Positions 1 to 12,915 of a stretch of DNA of 64,000 nucleotides are shown here, piece after piece (position 1 is the stretch's first letter; the number at the start of each line of letters is the position of its first letter). This DNA is from Phoronis australis (taxonomy: Eukaryota; Animalia; Phoronida). A program made the position numbers and the translations under genes. The notes beneath the pieces are model-generated. The model did no database searches. It was not told where the DNA came from and worked only from the letters and a program-made list of their open reading frames with translations. The stretch spans positions 50,201 to 114,200 of the forward strand of contig NMRA01000306.1 in assembly GCA_002633005.1 (NCBI GenBank), in the 5' to 3' direction.

Positions 1-250
1 CGAAGTTTCACGTAAAAATTCGCGAGTTTAGTCTTCTCCTGGGTTGAAAAACAAATAGCAGTCATTTTTGACCGGCAGCCATTTTGGTCTGAAAAATCGG
101 TCACGTCCCTGGAAAAAACTCGTGCAAAGTATTATTAAACGAATTTTGCGACAAAAAAGATTATCAAATAAGTAAAACAATATATTCTTCCATACTTTGC
201 AATAATTTTTATTCACATTTATTACATTTTTGAGTTTATTTTGATTGTAG

Positions 251-372
251 TGAGCGAATTTAACACGGTGACAGATACGCGAAGCGATTCGCTGAAGAAT
301 GCTGTCCTCGCTACAAAAGAGAGCTGGGCAGGCCCTTCAACTCTAAATGCCAGAACTGAGTTAATCAGCCGT
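251..372 (+). CDS. VWDE: VWDE-like protein, first exon visible in window (pre-VWD region)
   Basis: ttgattgtag acceptor; open frame SEFNTVTDTRSDSLKNAVLATKESWAGPSTLNARTELISR; phase-0 gtaaga donor joins exon 3784 in frame. FNTVTDTRSD resembles the YTAVTDFSRD segment recalled from vertebrate VWDE. Symbol means 'VWDE-like'; orthology is not established. Confidence 0.6.
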
Positions 373-724
373 GTAAGATATTGGCTACAGGGATCATCTT
401 CCCAACTTGTTCTTGGGCTATAGAATCGAACAAGTTGGGAGCAACGGGAAAACGCCGTAGTGGTGGCTAAAACGAACGCTAATGTTGCTGCTAACAAAAA
501 CAATAGCAACGTGAACGGTTTAAAGCGTCAATTTTGCCGATGATTTGCTAAGAGCTTGGGGCTTGAGTTATTCAAAACTACTGGCGTATTCGCTAGCACT
601 TTGATACATACCGCTTACATAAAAGAGCACGCATGCGCAGCTCAAAATACGCGCCATTTATTTTCATTCTGTACAGTAGACGCATAGGCGGATTTAGGGG
701 GGAATGCCCCCCCTACAGTATACA

Positions 725-1568
725 CATAGGCGGATTTAGGGGGGCAGTCCCCCTTCTTGGCTGCCGCAAAAAAATAAAACAGCAAGCGCGCAGGGAAATG
801 TTGAGTTTATTAATTAACCCCGGTAATTAAAATTAAACAGCTGAAACAAGATTTTAATGTGTGCAGTTCTAGTGTTGGGGGGGGGGAGGAGTGGGTTTAG
901 GTCCAATTTCAAGTGTCAAATTCGGAACACGGCTCAATCGTAACGGAACTATGGCTATGTATAGGCTCTCCCGCGGTATCTCAGGCGTCCGGCAGTGGCA
1001 CTGGGCACTACGACTCCGTTTCCGTCGTCTGCTTCACTGTGCAATGAAGAAAATTACTTCCTTTTTGAAAGAAAATGGAATCTTTGTGATGATGAAAAAT
1101 AGAAGCTGCTGGTAAGATGTCAATTTTAATCGAAGCATTAGTGAATCACTCAGAAACTCATAATGCTCTCTTTGCCAAACCTTAACTTAAGACGATTTCC
1201 AAAGCCATCGCGTCGTTATTGCCAACACAAAAAACGGGTTTGGTCTTTTGGGCAATTGAAGACTATTTTAAATACAACAAATTTGTTACGAACGGATTGC
1301 ACAAAATGTAAAACATGTAATAACCATTACAAAAAGAAAGTTTCGCGCGCAAACGCTGTGGGCCATAAACAAGTAGGTCTCTTAGTATCAAATTAGGAGT
1401 TGAATCGTGGTTGTGCAGTGGTACCCGCGCTCTATCCGCCAGGTAGTGAGTTAGAGTCTGTGTCGCTTGCAGTTTTCCTGTTTGACACTTTCTCCGTTTT
1501 TTTGTGCTGGGAGCAAATGTTTACAGACAAAATGTTGCCCCCCTTGTGATATCCTAGATCCGCCACTG
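725..1568 (+). mobile_element. Non-autonomous DNA transposon family A, copy 1 (hAT-like, 5-bp TSD)
   Basis: Imperfect terminal inverted repeats (TIRs) CATAGGCGGATTTAG / CTAGATCCGCCACTG; exact TSD ATACA; clear similarity to 2776-3726 and 14066-15031. Confidence 0.88.
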
Positions 1569-2775
1569 ATACATAACAACGAATCTCCGTGAAAATGCAG
1601 TGAAAAGAGTCTGAAGTATTAGCAACCGGCCGGCTAATGCGGGCGTTCTTCGCATTCTTGAGTAAATTGTTGCAAGTTATCTTTCGAATTTGACATTGCC
1701 GATCATCGCTTTGGATTCCATAAGATCTAGGACAACCATGAATCACATTACTCCCAGGTGATACTTTTATTGTTCACGGTCTTCTTACAACCTACGTGTT
1801 GTGATGACTGATAGTGTAGACCGATGATGAATAGTGTCCAAGGACATAATTTAAAAGACGTCTACGTGTATGAACAAATGAGATGCTGGGAATTTATACA
1901 AATCCGAATTACATGTCACAAGCGTCACTAATACTAATTTTTAATAAATTGATGTGACAATTTGAGCCTGCAGCTCTGACCCAAAACTGTCACAAAGTCG
2001 TGACATCCAAAGTTCACATGTCTAAACATGAAAGTAGCCCGAAGATCGTTTTTAATGCTCGAGAAGTGGGTGGTACACTAGCCAGTCAGCTAGCTGTATG
2101 AAGAGTATTGTATATTTAGTGTACAGCTTTGCACCAAGGCTAGTGGTACAAAACCTTCGACACTGGAAGAAAACCTTTACAACTCCCCATAAAGCATGCT
2201 ACGCACCACAAGTACATGTACCCTACCAGGGCATATGATCTACATCCACAAACTGGCACACTTTCAGCGCACAATGGAAGTGACCGACGTGAGCGATAGA
2301 TGTTTTGTAGGGAGTCGTAAAGGTTCCGCTTCCGTGGTGAGCAACTTTCCGCCCTGATATGAGTTCTATTATCAGATCTTGATGTTGAAAAATGAGAGTC
2401 ACCTCGAGATAGGAAGAGGTCCCAAAATTGCCTGAGTGTTTAGTGAAGTCTCTACACACCATCATCTCTCTCCTATAAATTATTTTTGTGAAACCATCAA
2501 ACTAAGTGTTCTTTGGTCAAAACCACTTTCTTCCGCATATAATGCGACCCAGATGTGAATGGACGACTTTATACTCATTTGCGCGACACAAAGTGATTAC
2601 ATATAATCAAATATTAAATGACAACTGGAGTAAGATATTAAATTCAATGTCTAGCAATTTCTGGGCTTGCAAGCTGTTGCAATTAAAGAAACCTCGCTTT
2701 GCGGTAAAAAAACAACGCATTTTGGGATATCAGTGCAGCACTACCTGGCTAGGAGCTGCAGATACGCAGGTGATG

Positions 2776-3726
2776 CAGTGGCAGATCTAGGATATCACAA
2801 GGGAGGGGGCAGCATTTGGTCTGTAAACATTTGTTCAAAGCACGATTGTAGAGGCGCATAACACGGGGGGAGAAAAAATACCTGGACGGGAGGGGGGTAA
2901 TTTTCTGTTTTTTTTCCTCTAAAAATCAAGCATTTTCCTTTATTGCCGAAGTATTATCCAAGAAAAAAAAGGAAAAAAAACACGGGCCATAGACTCGAAC
3001 TCACGACATGGCGGATACAGCGCGCGTGCTTTACCACTGCACCACCGCAATTTACCTACTACTTAAATACTACGAGACCTACTTGTTTATGGTCCACAAC
3101 GTTTGCGCGCGAAACCTTCTTTTTGTAATGCTTATTACATGTTTTATATTTTGTGCAATCAGTTCGTAACAAATTTGTTGCATTTAAAATAGTCTTCAAT
3201 TGCCCAAAAAAACCAAATCCGTTTTTTGTGTTGGCAATAATGACGCGATTGCTTTGGAAATCGTCTTAAGTTAAGGTTTGACAAAGAGAGAATTATGAGT
3301 TTCTGAGTGATTCACTAAGACTTCGATTAAAATTGACATCTTACCAGCAGCTTCTGTCTTTTCATCATCACAAAGATTCCATTTTCTTTAAAAAATGAAG
3401 TAATTTTCTTCATTGCACAGTGGAGCTGCAGACGACGGAAACGGAGTCGTAGTGCCCAGCGCCACTGCCGGTCGTCTGAGATATCGCGGGAGAGCCTATA
3501 CTCAACCATAGTTCCGTTACGATTGCGCCGTGTTCCGAATTTGACACTTGAAATTGGATCTGAGCCCCCCCAAACACTAAAACTGCACACATTTAAATCT
3601 TGTTTCAGTCGTATAATTTTATTTACCTGGGTTAGTTAATAAACTCAACATTTCCCTACGCTCTTGCTGTTTTAGTTTTTTGCGGCAGCCAAGGGGGGGG
3701 GCCCTGGCCCCCCAAATCCGCCTATG
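2776..3726 (-). mobile_element. Family A, copy 2 (inverted)
   Basis: Reverse complement of copy 1; TSD TGATG/TGATC. Confidence 0.88.
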
Positions 3727-3783
3727 TGATCTAACGGATTCAAGTTGAGAATTTCACTGAAATTACAACTCTTTTTTTTACAG

Positions 3784-3924
3784 ATATCCATTGCAGATGC
3801 ACCCCATAAGTCCAGCTGTAACGTAACAGGAAACCTTTACATAAGGACACTAGATGGCTGCTACTACGACTTCTATGACGTCGGGACGTTCGTGTTTTAC
3901 AAGTCGAAAAGTCGAACGTTCGAG
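3784..3924 (+). CDS. VWDE: VWDE-like protein exon, start of VWD domain
   Basis: tttttacag / gtagct; ISIADAPHKSSCNVTGNLYIRTLDGCYYDFYDVGTFVFYKSKSRTFE matches the VWD C..G.....TFDG..YDF...G.FV.YKS..R.FE pattern. Confidence 0.9.
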
Positions 3925-5389
3925 GTAGCTGGCTGCCTTTTATTCTACAAATAAATAACCAAATTGAATAAGTAAATAAATAAACGAATAAGTGGATAAA
4001 TAAATAAGTGAATGAATCAAAGCTTGAACAAGCAAATATACACGTAGGCCTTTTTTTACATGTACACGTGGTGCGGCATACACGTACCATTTTCTACTTC
4101 TTTACTAAATTCTGATAATTTTCGTTATTTTATACTTACATGTTAATAAACAGAACGAGGAGAGAAAATATAGGTTAGCCGATTTGTTTCACCAATTTTT
4201 GATTGGTTTTGAATTGTTTGGAAATGAAATTAGATAGGATTTTACGAGTTTTCACAAAGTTTAAATTTATTTCAAAAAACACGTAATTTTTCATCGACCA
4301 CCACGGTCTCCATGGGAACACCGATTATAATTTTTCGCGATTATTGTTAGAGAATGTTAGTTGGGTGCTTTTGTACCCGGATCAAAGATCTTGATTCATT
4401 TCCATGTATCGCAGACAAAATTTGAATTTTAGAGTCTCATTCGCCAAATAATTAAGGCACAGAAAATTTAAGGAGGTTTGACACAGTTTTAATTTCTAGT
4501 TAATTTTTTTGAATTGTCATGTTTTGTATTTTGGTCTTTACCTACTACGAATCTGCAAGAAATGGGTCACCGAATTACGTTTTTCCATTACGTCTAGCTG
4601 ATCAGAGGCACCTCTGGCAAAAATATGAAATTTTTATGAACACTTAGCCCTAAAGGAATCAATGATTGAATTTTTTTCAAAACTGGTTTCTTTCTTTGCA
4701 CGACGTCAGTATTATGTTTTAAAAGCTTTTTAAACCCGTTTAAATTATACTTGTTGGTTTCATACCTCGGCGCAAGCTTTTTTTTCTTCTTAATTTGAGT
4801 TTTTTTTAAAATTCTAGCGTTGCTTTTACAAAACAGTTACACAATTAATTTTTTCTTTTGTTTTATTTTGTCGCCTATCGTGTTTCTGAAACAGCTCTGC
4901 GTCACATAAGAATACGGAATTTGGCCTTCTCAAAAGCGCGCCAATTTCAAGGTCACGAATGCGCCACTCACTGTATTTTACTAAACGGCAATGTTGGTAT
5001 GGTGAATTAAGTTAAGTTGAAAAACAAGTTAAGTTGGCGTGAATAAATTTCGTCTTTTATCAATTGAGTTTGCCGTTTGAATTAAGTCACATTAATACAT
5101 GTATCTACGCTGGAGTTTGCCTATTGTTCAATATTACGTCATTTTGTCATCTGGGTTCGCTACTATTATTAAATGCCAACAACTCAAGACAAAATATACA
5201 TCGTTTGAATTAAATAATCTATTTGAAAAAACAATATTCAAACGTATCGTCAATGTTGTTAAACAATCACCGATTTTCTGTACAGCTTTTTTGCAAACTG
5301 CCATCAAATTACCCAATAGATGTATTGAAAACGTTAAAACAACGCGTTTCAAACGGAATTTAGCTTTACTAGGACCAAAAATATTTTAG

Positions 5390-5593
5390 GTTCAAATACG
5401 AACGTGGACGTCAAAAGAGAAGCAGGGAGTTTACGTCTGTGCCGTCGTCGTTCAAGAAGTCAGTGACGTAATTGCTTTTGATATGTGTCAAGGGCTATTT
5501 GGGCAAACAACGCTCATAATTGCGAAGCTGTCACCAACGCCCCTTGCGGCGGCAACCAAAATTGCCAGACATGCAAACGGCAAGGATTTCAAG
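5390..5593 (+). CDS. VWDE: VWDE-like protein exon, VWD domain
   Basis: ttttag / gtacat, phase 0-0; VQIRTWTSKEKQGVYVCAVVVQEVSDVIAFDMCQGLFGQ...NGKDFK. This frame is not in the ORF track. Confidence 0.9.
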
Positions 5594-5930
5594 GTACATA
5601 TACCTGTAGATTGGTCGACCGCATAGTATGCCATCTTTATCCATCCAGTAACGCAGCCTTCCAATAACCGTCTTGCATGGTCATTTAAAGAACACGGAGT
5701 TGTGTAGGGATGACAATTTCTACAAATATAATATTATTGTTTTACACTACTTTGGTGGACGCTTTCATTACAGTTTGACCTACATGTTAACAAAATTATA
5801 GAAAACCTACAATTTTGTTAAGGCTTATTTACAATTTTACATTTCGCGTATCGGAAATTGTGCTCACCGTTACTATTGCATGTTCAGCAGTCCAAAGAGC
5901 TGCATTTCTAGGCAATGATATATATTAAAG

Positions 5931-6952
5931 CAAGCTGTTCCATAGAAACAGGAACCTCGGTGTAAAACAGATATCTCGGAGTCGAAAACAGACTCCAGTA
6001 CCTTCAAAACAACTACCAAGCCCGAAAAACACGAACCCTAACCTTTACTAACGCTGTAGTGCAATCTTTTGCGTCGGCTTTCGGTGCCATAAAACATTGT
6101 GTCACCTATTGGCCATTTTCTTTTTTCAAGCTCTTCAATCAACTGATTTTCATCCACGAGGTTGCGTAATTGTCACAACAAATTAATCAACAATGGCACT
6201 CGAAAGTCGAAAAATATTTTTGTTTTTTCATTTTTGAATATTTTTTGAATAATCTAAAATTGACCAAATATTCACCGAGATAACAATGTGTTGAGAGTAT
6301 AGATTATGTTGAAATTCTTCCACAGACAAGTTGCACCAGTTTTACTAATAAAAGTCAAATAACAAAGTCAATATAAACTTACGTTTTATCATGCGCGCAC
6401 CCGGGGGAGGGGGTTCGAACGAGCCCCCCATTTGACAAAGTGGCTAAAAAGGTCCGCCTTAGAGAAACAAAAACTCAACGAGGCAAAACTCCACTAAAAG
6501 GACGCAGACGCANTAGGCAAAAATGTCCGCCTCAGCGAAACAAGTGCGAGTAAAGGAGACAAAACTCCAGAAAGCCCACAGGAATTCGGCGTGTATGCAC
6601 AATCCGTAGACCTGAACCTAGTGGTCCCGTCTTTTTAGTCCTCGTTGATTTTTTTTCAGTAAAATGTCCTCATACTGAAAAATTCGAGCCTCCCTTTATT
6701 TTAGGTTGTGTGCGCGCATGAGAAAACAACTGGAAAGAACTTGAAAATGCTTTAACTAAAACTTTGAGGCTTCTGACAAGGAAAATCTGAAAAAAAATGT
6801 CCGAGTTTCCTGTCCGATCCCCGGAGTTCCTGTTGTAAATGACAGGGTTTGTGTTTCTGGTACTGCTTAGCTGCTTTGAAGGTGCGGGAGGGTGTTTTTG
6901 ACTCCGAGATATCTGTTTTACACCGGGGTTCCTGTTTCGATGGAACACGCTG
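5931..6952. mobile_element. Tc1/mariner-type non-autonomous element with ~110-bp TIRs
   Basis: CAAGCTGTTCCATAGAAAC... mirrored at 6840-6952 and followed by TA; a second partial copy lies at 20662-21135. Confidence 0.75.
6390..6720. mobile_element. MITE family B (CATGCGCGCAC TIR) nested in the mariner-type element
   Basis: Perfect 11-bp TIR; absent from the 20662 copy of the host; relatives at 9222-9432, 25516-25720 and 48355-48561. Confidence 0.75.
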
Positions 6953-7536
6953 TAAAGGAACCCGGCGTGGCGAGACAAAACAGAAACCTCGAGATATTAA
7001 TGAAAATTACCTTATTTGGTTTTCTAAATATGGAGTGAAATTGACAGTATTTTAAATATAAAATATGGCTGAAGTACATTTCCACCGTAGTCTTGTTGGC
7101 AGTCATAGTCTTCAGGCGTCGACTCCACCGACACCAGGCATGAACATGCGTAAATATGTATGGCGTCCTAAAATAAGTGCAGCTCCCGTACGTCCAAGGA
7201 TTTCAGCAGTTGTACGAACTTTCATGTTGGGTTTATATTACTTCGGTAAGAATATTCACTGAATTGTTTCCGGTTACCCTGGAATTTCCGATGATTACCT
7301 GATAATTATTCCATTTAGTTGAAGTAGATTGTTCTTGGACATTCTCCCATTACGCCAACACTGAATCAATTCCTACTCACAAGTATACACATAACCTGTC
7401 TCTAAATATGTATTACCAGTCACGCCGTTGAACCTGATTTACCACATCAAAGCGTCGCTTTTGGCAGGCCCGATGAACCAAAAGACGCAGGTATAATGCA
7501 GGTGTCTTTCGTCATGAAATGGGTCTATTCGGAATA

Positions 7537-8046
7537 CAAAGAGGGAATCAACAATTGGTCGGACTTCAAAACCACTTGTCCGGACTTCCAAACCAATTGG
7601 CTGGATTGCAAAACCCAATGGCCGGTGTTCTAACTTATTGGTCGGACCTCAAAGCACGTTGGCCGGTACCTCAAAACATGCTGGCCGCACCCAAAAAACT
7701 GGTTGGCCGGACCTAAGAAGGGATGGCCGGTGCTCAAACACAATGGCCAAACAAATAGCCGATTTTGAACAAAACAAACAAACTACTGCGAAAAGTGAAC
7801 ACTATAGATGTCACTTGAATCTTTCGAGACATTCAAAGCGAGTCTCTGAGAAAGTCTGGCCGTCGTGTTTGATCACCACTGCCAACTGGTTATGGCACCG
7901 GCCATCGTGTTTTGGGTCCATCCAACTAGTTTTCTGGGTGAGGCCATCGCGTTTTGAAGTCCGGACAAAACGCTTGATCACCGGCTATTTGGTTTTGCAG
8001 TCCGGCCAACTGGTTTTGAAGTCCGACCAATTGTTGATTCCCCTTG
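7537..8046. mobile_element. Foldback MITE with arrays of ~21-bp subterminal repeats
   Basis: GGGAATCAACAATTGGTCGGACTTCAAAACCA mirrored at 8010-8043; repeated TGGCCGGA units invert at the centre; flanks GAATA/GAACA. Confidence 0.75.
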
Positions 8047-8928
8047 GAACAGTTATCGACGATTAGTCATTTTCGACAACAATCATCACATTCTCAGAGT
8101 CATTTTTAGAGGCGGTTATTACGGGAAAATTTCCTAACGATAGTGAATGCAGAACATTGCATATTTCCTTGCAGAAACAGGAATTTGCTTTGGGGACGGG
8201 GTGAAGGTGGTAAGCTGGAGAGTCTCTAGCTAATTACAGTCGTGAAGTCAATAGCGGAAAATCGCGTTTAATTTTTGACATACTTAAGCAACTTACAAAT
8301 GCGTGTACTGAGCGAAAACATCTACTCGCTATAGTTCCAGAATCCAACAAGTCAATTTCAGATGACACCAACTTCTTACTCACTCGCACGTGAAAATGTA
8401 TAACGAATTGTTGTAATACAGATTCTATGAGTTCTGGTTTCCACTTGCAAAGTGAACCAAGTGTTACTCGGCGAGAGAAATTTGTGACCGCACGGAATAA
8501 GCGCAGATGTAAAACTTCTCTGCGCTTTCTTGGATTAACTTTAATATATGAACAATTTGTTTTCCGTAATAAATAATAATATACTACACAAGAAGGGCCG
8601 TATGTATCATTCGCACTGAGAGGTGCTGCAGGCGTATTTTGCTTCGTGGAAGGTGGTGGGACAGTCATGTCGGCACTGTCGACGTTTCTCTCACGTGAAG
8701 TGGCGCCTTGGCGTATCATCGTGGTTAATATTACTGTCGATACAGGTTCATTTTAATATTTTAATGGTATTTGTAACAATGTTTTAGTCTGAAAAAGTAG
8801 GAAAAGTCGAAAAGTGATGACATTTGCTTGAAAAATGTTGTATTCAGTTGTCCCACATTCTACAGCATTTGCTAGCAAATTAGAAAGTTATTAAAAGAAT
8901 TTTGTGAAAACCGTTTATTTCCTTTAAG

Positions 8929-9170
8929 ATTTATCTGCCCTCTGGTGCTGTGGTAGGTGTCAGTATACGTAGTTGGTACGGATTATCAGTGATGGTCCAG
9001 GCACCTCCGGCAGATTTTGACGACACCAGTGGCCTGTGCGGGTACTTCGATGGAAACGGAGATAACGACTTTATGCTTCCGAATCATACGGCATGGAGCT
9101 ACCCTGCGCAAGGCGACCGCCGCGACTGGTGGGGCAGTGAGTCATCAGAGTCATTTTCTACGTTTTGGAG
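8929..9170 (+). CDS. VWDE: VWDE-like protein exon, end of VWD domain
   Basis: cctttaag / gtaagt; IYLPSGAVV...QAPPADFDDTSGLCGYFDGNGDNDF...FWR contains the VWD GLCG.FDG...ND motif. Confidence 0.92.
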
Positions 9171-10115
9171 GTAAGTAAACCAGAACGCGTTTAATATTTC
9201 TTTCACAAAGTAGCTAAAACGCATGCGCCCACCCAAGGGTGGCTCGGGGGGCTCGAACGATCCCCTTCCGAAGCGAGCAAAAAGGTGCGCCACAGAGAAA
9301 CAAAAAAGTCCGAAAAAGTAGTAAACGAGACAAAAAGTCCACTAAAAAGGCGAATGCACAATACATAGCTCTGAACATTACATTTTTAGCAAAAGGTCCA
9401 CATTCTCAAAAATTCGAGCACCCTATTTTTAAGTTACTCAAAACTGTTGTTGGTTTCACCAGCACTTTTGTAAAACAGACCACTTTTTTCGAAGGATTTC
9501 CCCATCAATTTTCGCTTTAAAACGATACAGGTGGTGATTAGGAAACAGACTAATTTCTGGCGATCTTGACCCCTTCGCGAAAAACCGTGTTTAAAAAACT
9601 GCTAGCGTTTTCGACACACATGTGCAGCTTTCTGTATACTTCCCTTTGTAGAATTAACTAAAAAAATGAACTTCGCAGTTTTTGAACTGAGAGTCACGGC
9701 TTTTGGGTTGCTCAATCGTGTTGACTTTAGACTATATATCGACTGGATGATATTGACTTGTGCGTGATCCGTTGGAGAAGTGATATCGTTTCAGTGGGGG
9801 AGTTCCGTTTGTTCCACGTTGGGTCAGGGGTTTTACCGCAATACGGATCTGGAGAACTGAACGGAACTGACGCAGTTCCTGGAGATCTGGGAAAATGGGA
9901 AACACATCTCTCAAGATGACGTACCTTTTAAGCAGCGAGTTCACCGATCCCTCCTTTGCTCTTCCAATTAGATGATAGCTAAGCTGGCACAATGCCCACC
10001 AAGGTTGGTGGCACTTCCCTACCAACACCTTCTATTGGAGAGCAACCAATAGATAACATTTTTTACCTCTTCGTCACGTCGTAAATCAATTAATTGAATT
10101 GTTGACTTTCAACAG

Positions 10116-10346
10116 GGTGCATCCACATCATAGCCTCTTCAAACAGCACGCAGTTTCGTCAGCCTTGAAAACAGTCCCGGCGAAGGAACAGCACTCTAAC
10201 AACAAACTATGGTGCAACTGCAAATGGGGACAACCCCCGGATTGCGGACCGGATAAGCACCTCGGAATTAGAGAACTGTTGAGTGTGACCAAAGACGAAA
10301 CAGATCTCACTAGCTCGTTGCTGACGCCAAAAGAATACCAAACAAA
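10116..10346 (+). CDS. VWDE: VWDE-like protein exon (post-VWD CxC linker)
   Basis: tttcaacag acceptor, phase 2-2; VHPHHSLF...LWCNCKWGQPPDCG...DLTSSL. The gtacaa donor is weak but phase-consistent. Confidence 0.8.
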
Positions 10347-10709
10347 GTACAAATTGTGCACGTGTCACGCTTAATTTAGAAGCCTTTTGCACTTTAACAT
10401 CTCAAGCTTATGGAAGTTTCTGTAGGCCTATTTGGCAATTAAAAACACGTATATTCGTTTTGCATAGCCTGGACTTATAAATGCCGCTTCCACACGAAGA
10501 TTTCCAACTGCCGCCATTCCCTTTTAGTGATTGATGCCACTTCTTCTTACTTTCCAAATAACAAAATAAAGGTAGCTTTTTCTGAATTCGGTTTCACCAT
10601 TCGCTGTTTTGGTGAAACTTAACTGCCAAACAATAAAAATTTTGAACATGAAGTACGTTTAAAATGTCGATACAATAGTTCTGCTGTAAATTCGAAATAT
10701 TTCCTCCAG

Positions 10710-10920
10710 ACTGAGTAAGAATGTGACGGTGACGTCACAGTGGTCGTCAACATCCAAGCCCAATCTGCCACTAGCCAGACGGGTACTGACACCTGGCGAA
10801 TGGAACAAATATTACAACGCCTGCCAAAATGCCATTGAGACGATCGCATTCTATGACGACTGCAGAAAGCTGGCTAGAAATGTAACGATGTTCATTGACC
10901 AGTGTATTCGAGATTACGCA
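10710..10920 (+). CDS. VWDE: VWDE-like protein exon (Cys-rich helical region)
   Basis: cctccag / gtgagt; ...YYNACQNAIETIAFYDDCRKLARNVTMFIDQCIRDYA. Confidence 0.85.
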
Positions 10921-11272
10921 GTGAGTTTTGGTTTATTTACAGAGATTAACATAGCGTTATGCGGCATACTTTGTATGAGCTATCTTTAAATGTGATCGTA
11001 ATTTAAAGCTGACATTCCAGCAATGACATAGAAGCACGAGGCTTCTGCTAATTCTTGAAACTATATTGAAAGCATGGAACGAAACATACAATTAGATACG
11101 TCTGTGAGTGGAAGGTCTTGTTAACTATAAAAAGTTGTTACATCTTCACCTTATTTATACATACACTTAGTTTTGAATGTCAGAAAATATTGTCAAATTG
11201 AATGAAAATGATACCTTACAAGAACACAAATTTAGTGAACAACGCAAACATGCTGTGTTTTTATCGTCTTAG

Positions 11273-11465
11273 ATGACAAGAGACGACTTCGTTCTTCAGA
11301 ATATTAAATCAGTGTTTGAGCAAGAATGCAAACTGATTGCACTGACTCAGCAGCATACTTACGGACCAGGAAGAAATTTGTTTAACAAACTGCAGGGGAA
11401 CTTTTGCCCTGGCCAATGTCAAAGCCGAGGAGTTTGCACGAATGGCATTTGTTCGTGTTTTTCAG
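11273..11465 (+). CDS. VWDE: VWDE-like protein exon with EGF-like domain
   Basis: tcttag / gtatgg; ...EQECK...FCPGQCQSRGVCTNGICSCFSG (tenascin-type EGF). Confidence 0.9.
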
Positions 11466-12324
11466 GTATGGGTGAAGTGACCGACTTTAATACAGCAATA
11501 GGGAGTTAAGTAAAATAAACTGAACGTGTACGTGTGTTGCAGACAACATTTGCGTTGGGTTTGTAGCGAACTATTTCGTAAAAAGCGATGTACAAACATC
11601 CGAGGACCTCATTAGACGTTCTTTGCCAGGACGGCCATTTTTAGACCCAAAACACAAGTGCTGCAAGTGCGGTGAGAAATCATCACTTATGGAAAGGAAA
11701 AAGTGAATTCAATCATATATTTCAAAATTCCAACCTCGCCAACCTGGTAATCACTTCTCTGGCTGCCATTTATCTATTAATCTAGTGAGCACATTTTCGC
11801 TTTTCACTCGCGTGATTTTACGTCATTGGTGGTCGTCCTTTTTGTAATATTCTTGCGTCTACGGAATGTACATCTGATCTGCACGAGCCCATACACATAC
11901 GAAACTTTTAAAATTCAATAATTCTTCAAAAATTCTTTTATTTGAATTGATTTCATTAATTTTTGTGAATATCCATGTTAGTTATGATTAGTGTTATCCT
12001 AGTCATCATCTTCGTCATAATCGGTATCTCTGTTGACATTTTACTGTTTCTAGTGCGCATGTCTGGATTGGGGAAATGTGGGAAATATGCATCCTCCAGT
12101 TGCCAGGCTCAGGAAAGTTTTCTTTAGGGAGGTGGAGGGGGCAAAACAGATGTGAGCCCACCTCCCCCCTATCACCACACCTTCGAGAATGCAAGGCTAT
12201 GAAAAGAAATATTTTCTGGCCGTTTTAATGCGGGCCAGCGCCATCCCCCAACTTCATGAATTGGGATTCGCNACGCTTCCCTCTTTGTAGCATATTTTAT
12301 AATGAGGAAAATATACGTTTACAG

Positions 12325-12494
12325 GATTCATCGGAAGCGACTGCTCAATTGTTAATGGCACACAACCAATAATCAAACGAGTTATCGGGCCTCGTGCCTG
12401 CGACAGACCCGAATGCCGTACGATTACAGTGGTAGGAGAAAATTTCGTAAATAATGAGCACGTGATGGGTATGGTGGAGGAATCTGTGAAAACG
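12325..12494 (+). CDS. VWDE: VWDE-like protein exon (EGF end, IPT/TIG-like start)
   Basis: tttacag / gtaagg, phase 1-0; FIGSDCSIVNGTQPIIKRVIGPRACDRPECRTITVVGENFVN completes the EGF (G.DCS). Confidence 0.88.
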
Positions 12495-12915
12495 GTAAGG
12501 TTTAAGAGGATTTTACGGCTGGGGTGCACTTATCACTTGATAACAGAAAATGAATGGGAGGGATATAAAGCTATTATTGATTAAGAACGGAATTAAGATA
12601 GAAGGCGATTATCCCTTAATAAGATTTAACGTCCACAGTGAGGCATTTCTGAAATTAAAGCAGCTTTAAACTCACTTCCATAAAAAAACAAACTTTGAGA
12701 GCATTAACCGTTGAGACATTAGTCTCAGATTGTTATTTGGTCAAAGCTCAGGTGATTTCATATATTTCGCAAGAACTGGCAGGTTCGTTATTAGCAAAGA
12801 CCAGTCTCTACAATTTGGCTTATCACGGCGTGCCATTTTATGGACCGAGCATAGCTTCCATGAATTACAACCTCTCCGTCCTTTGCAAAGCCAGAAAGTA
12901 CTTCTCATCAGAGTG

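Noticed and set aside
268-468. Cys-rich frame with in-frame TGA (KCQN*VNQPCK...) as selenoprotein or readthrough
   Set aside because: An alternative frame gives a clean spliced exon (251-372) with VWDE similarity; there is no SECIS evidence.
7519-8066. ORFs of 65 and 142 aa
   Set aside because: They lie within the repeat arrays of a foldback MITE.
8234-8719. 161-aa minus-strand ORF
   Set aside because: Intronic and antisense, with no recognisable motif or splice context.
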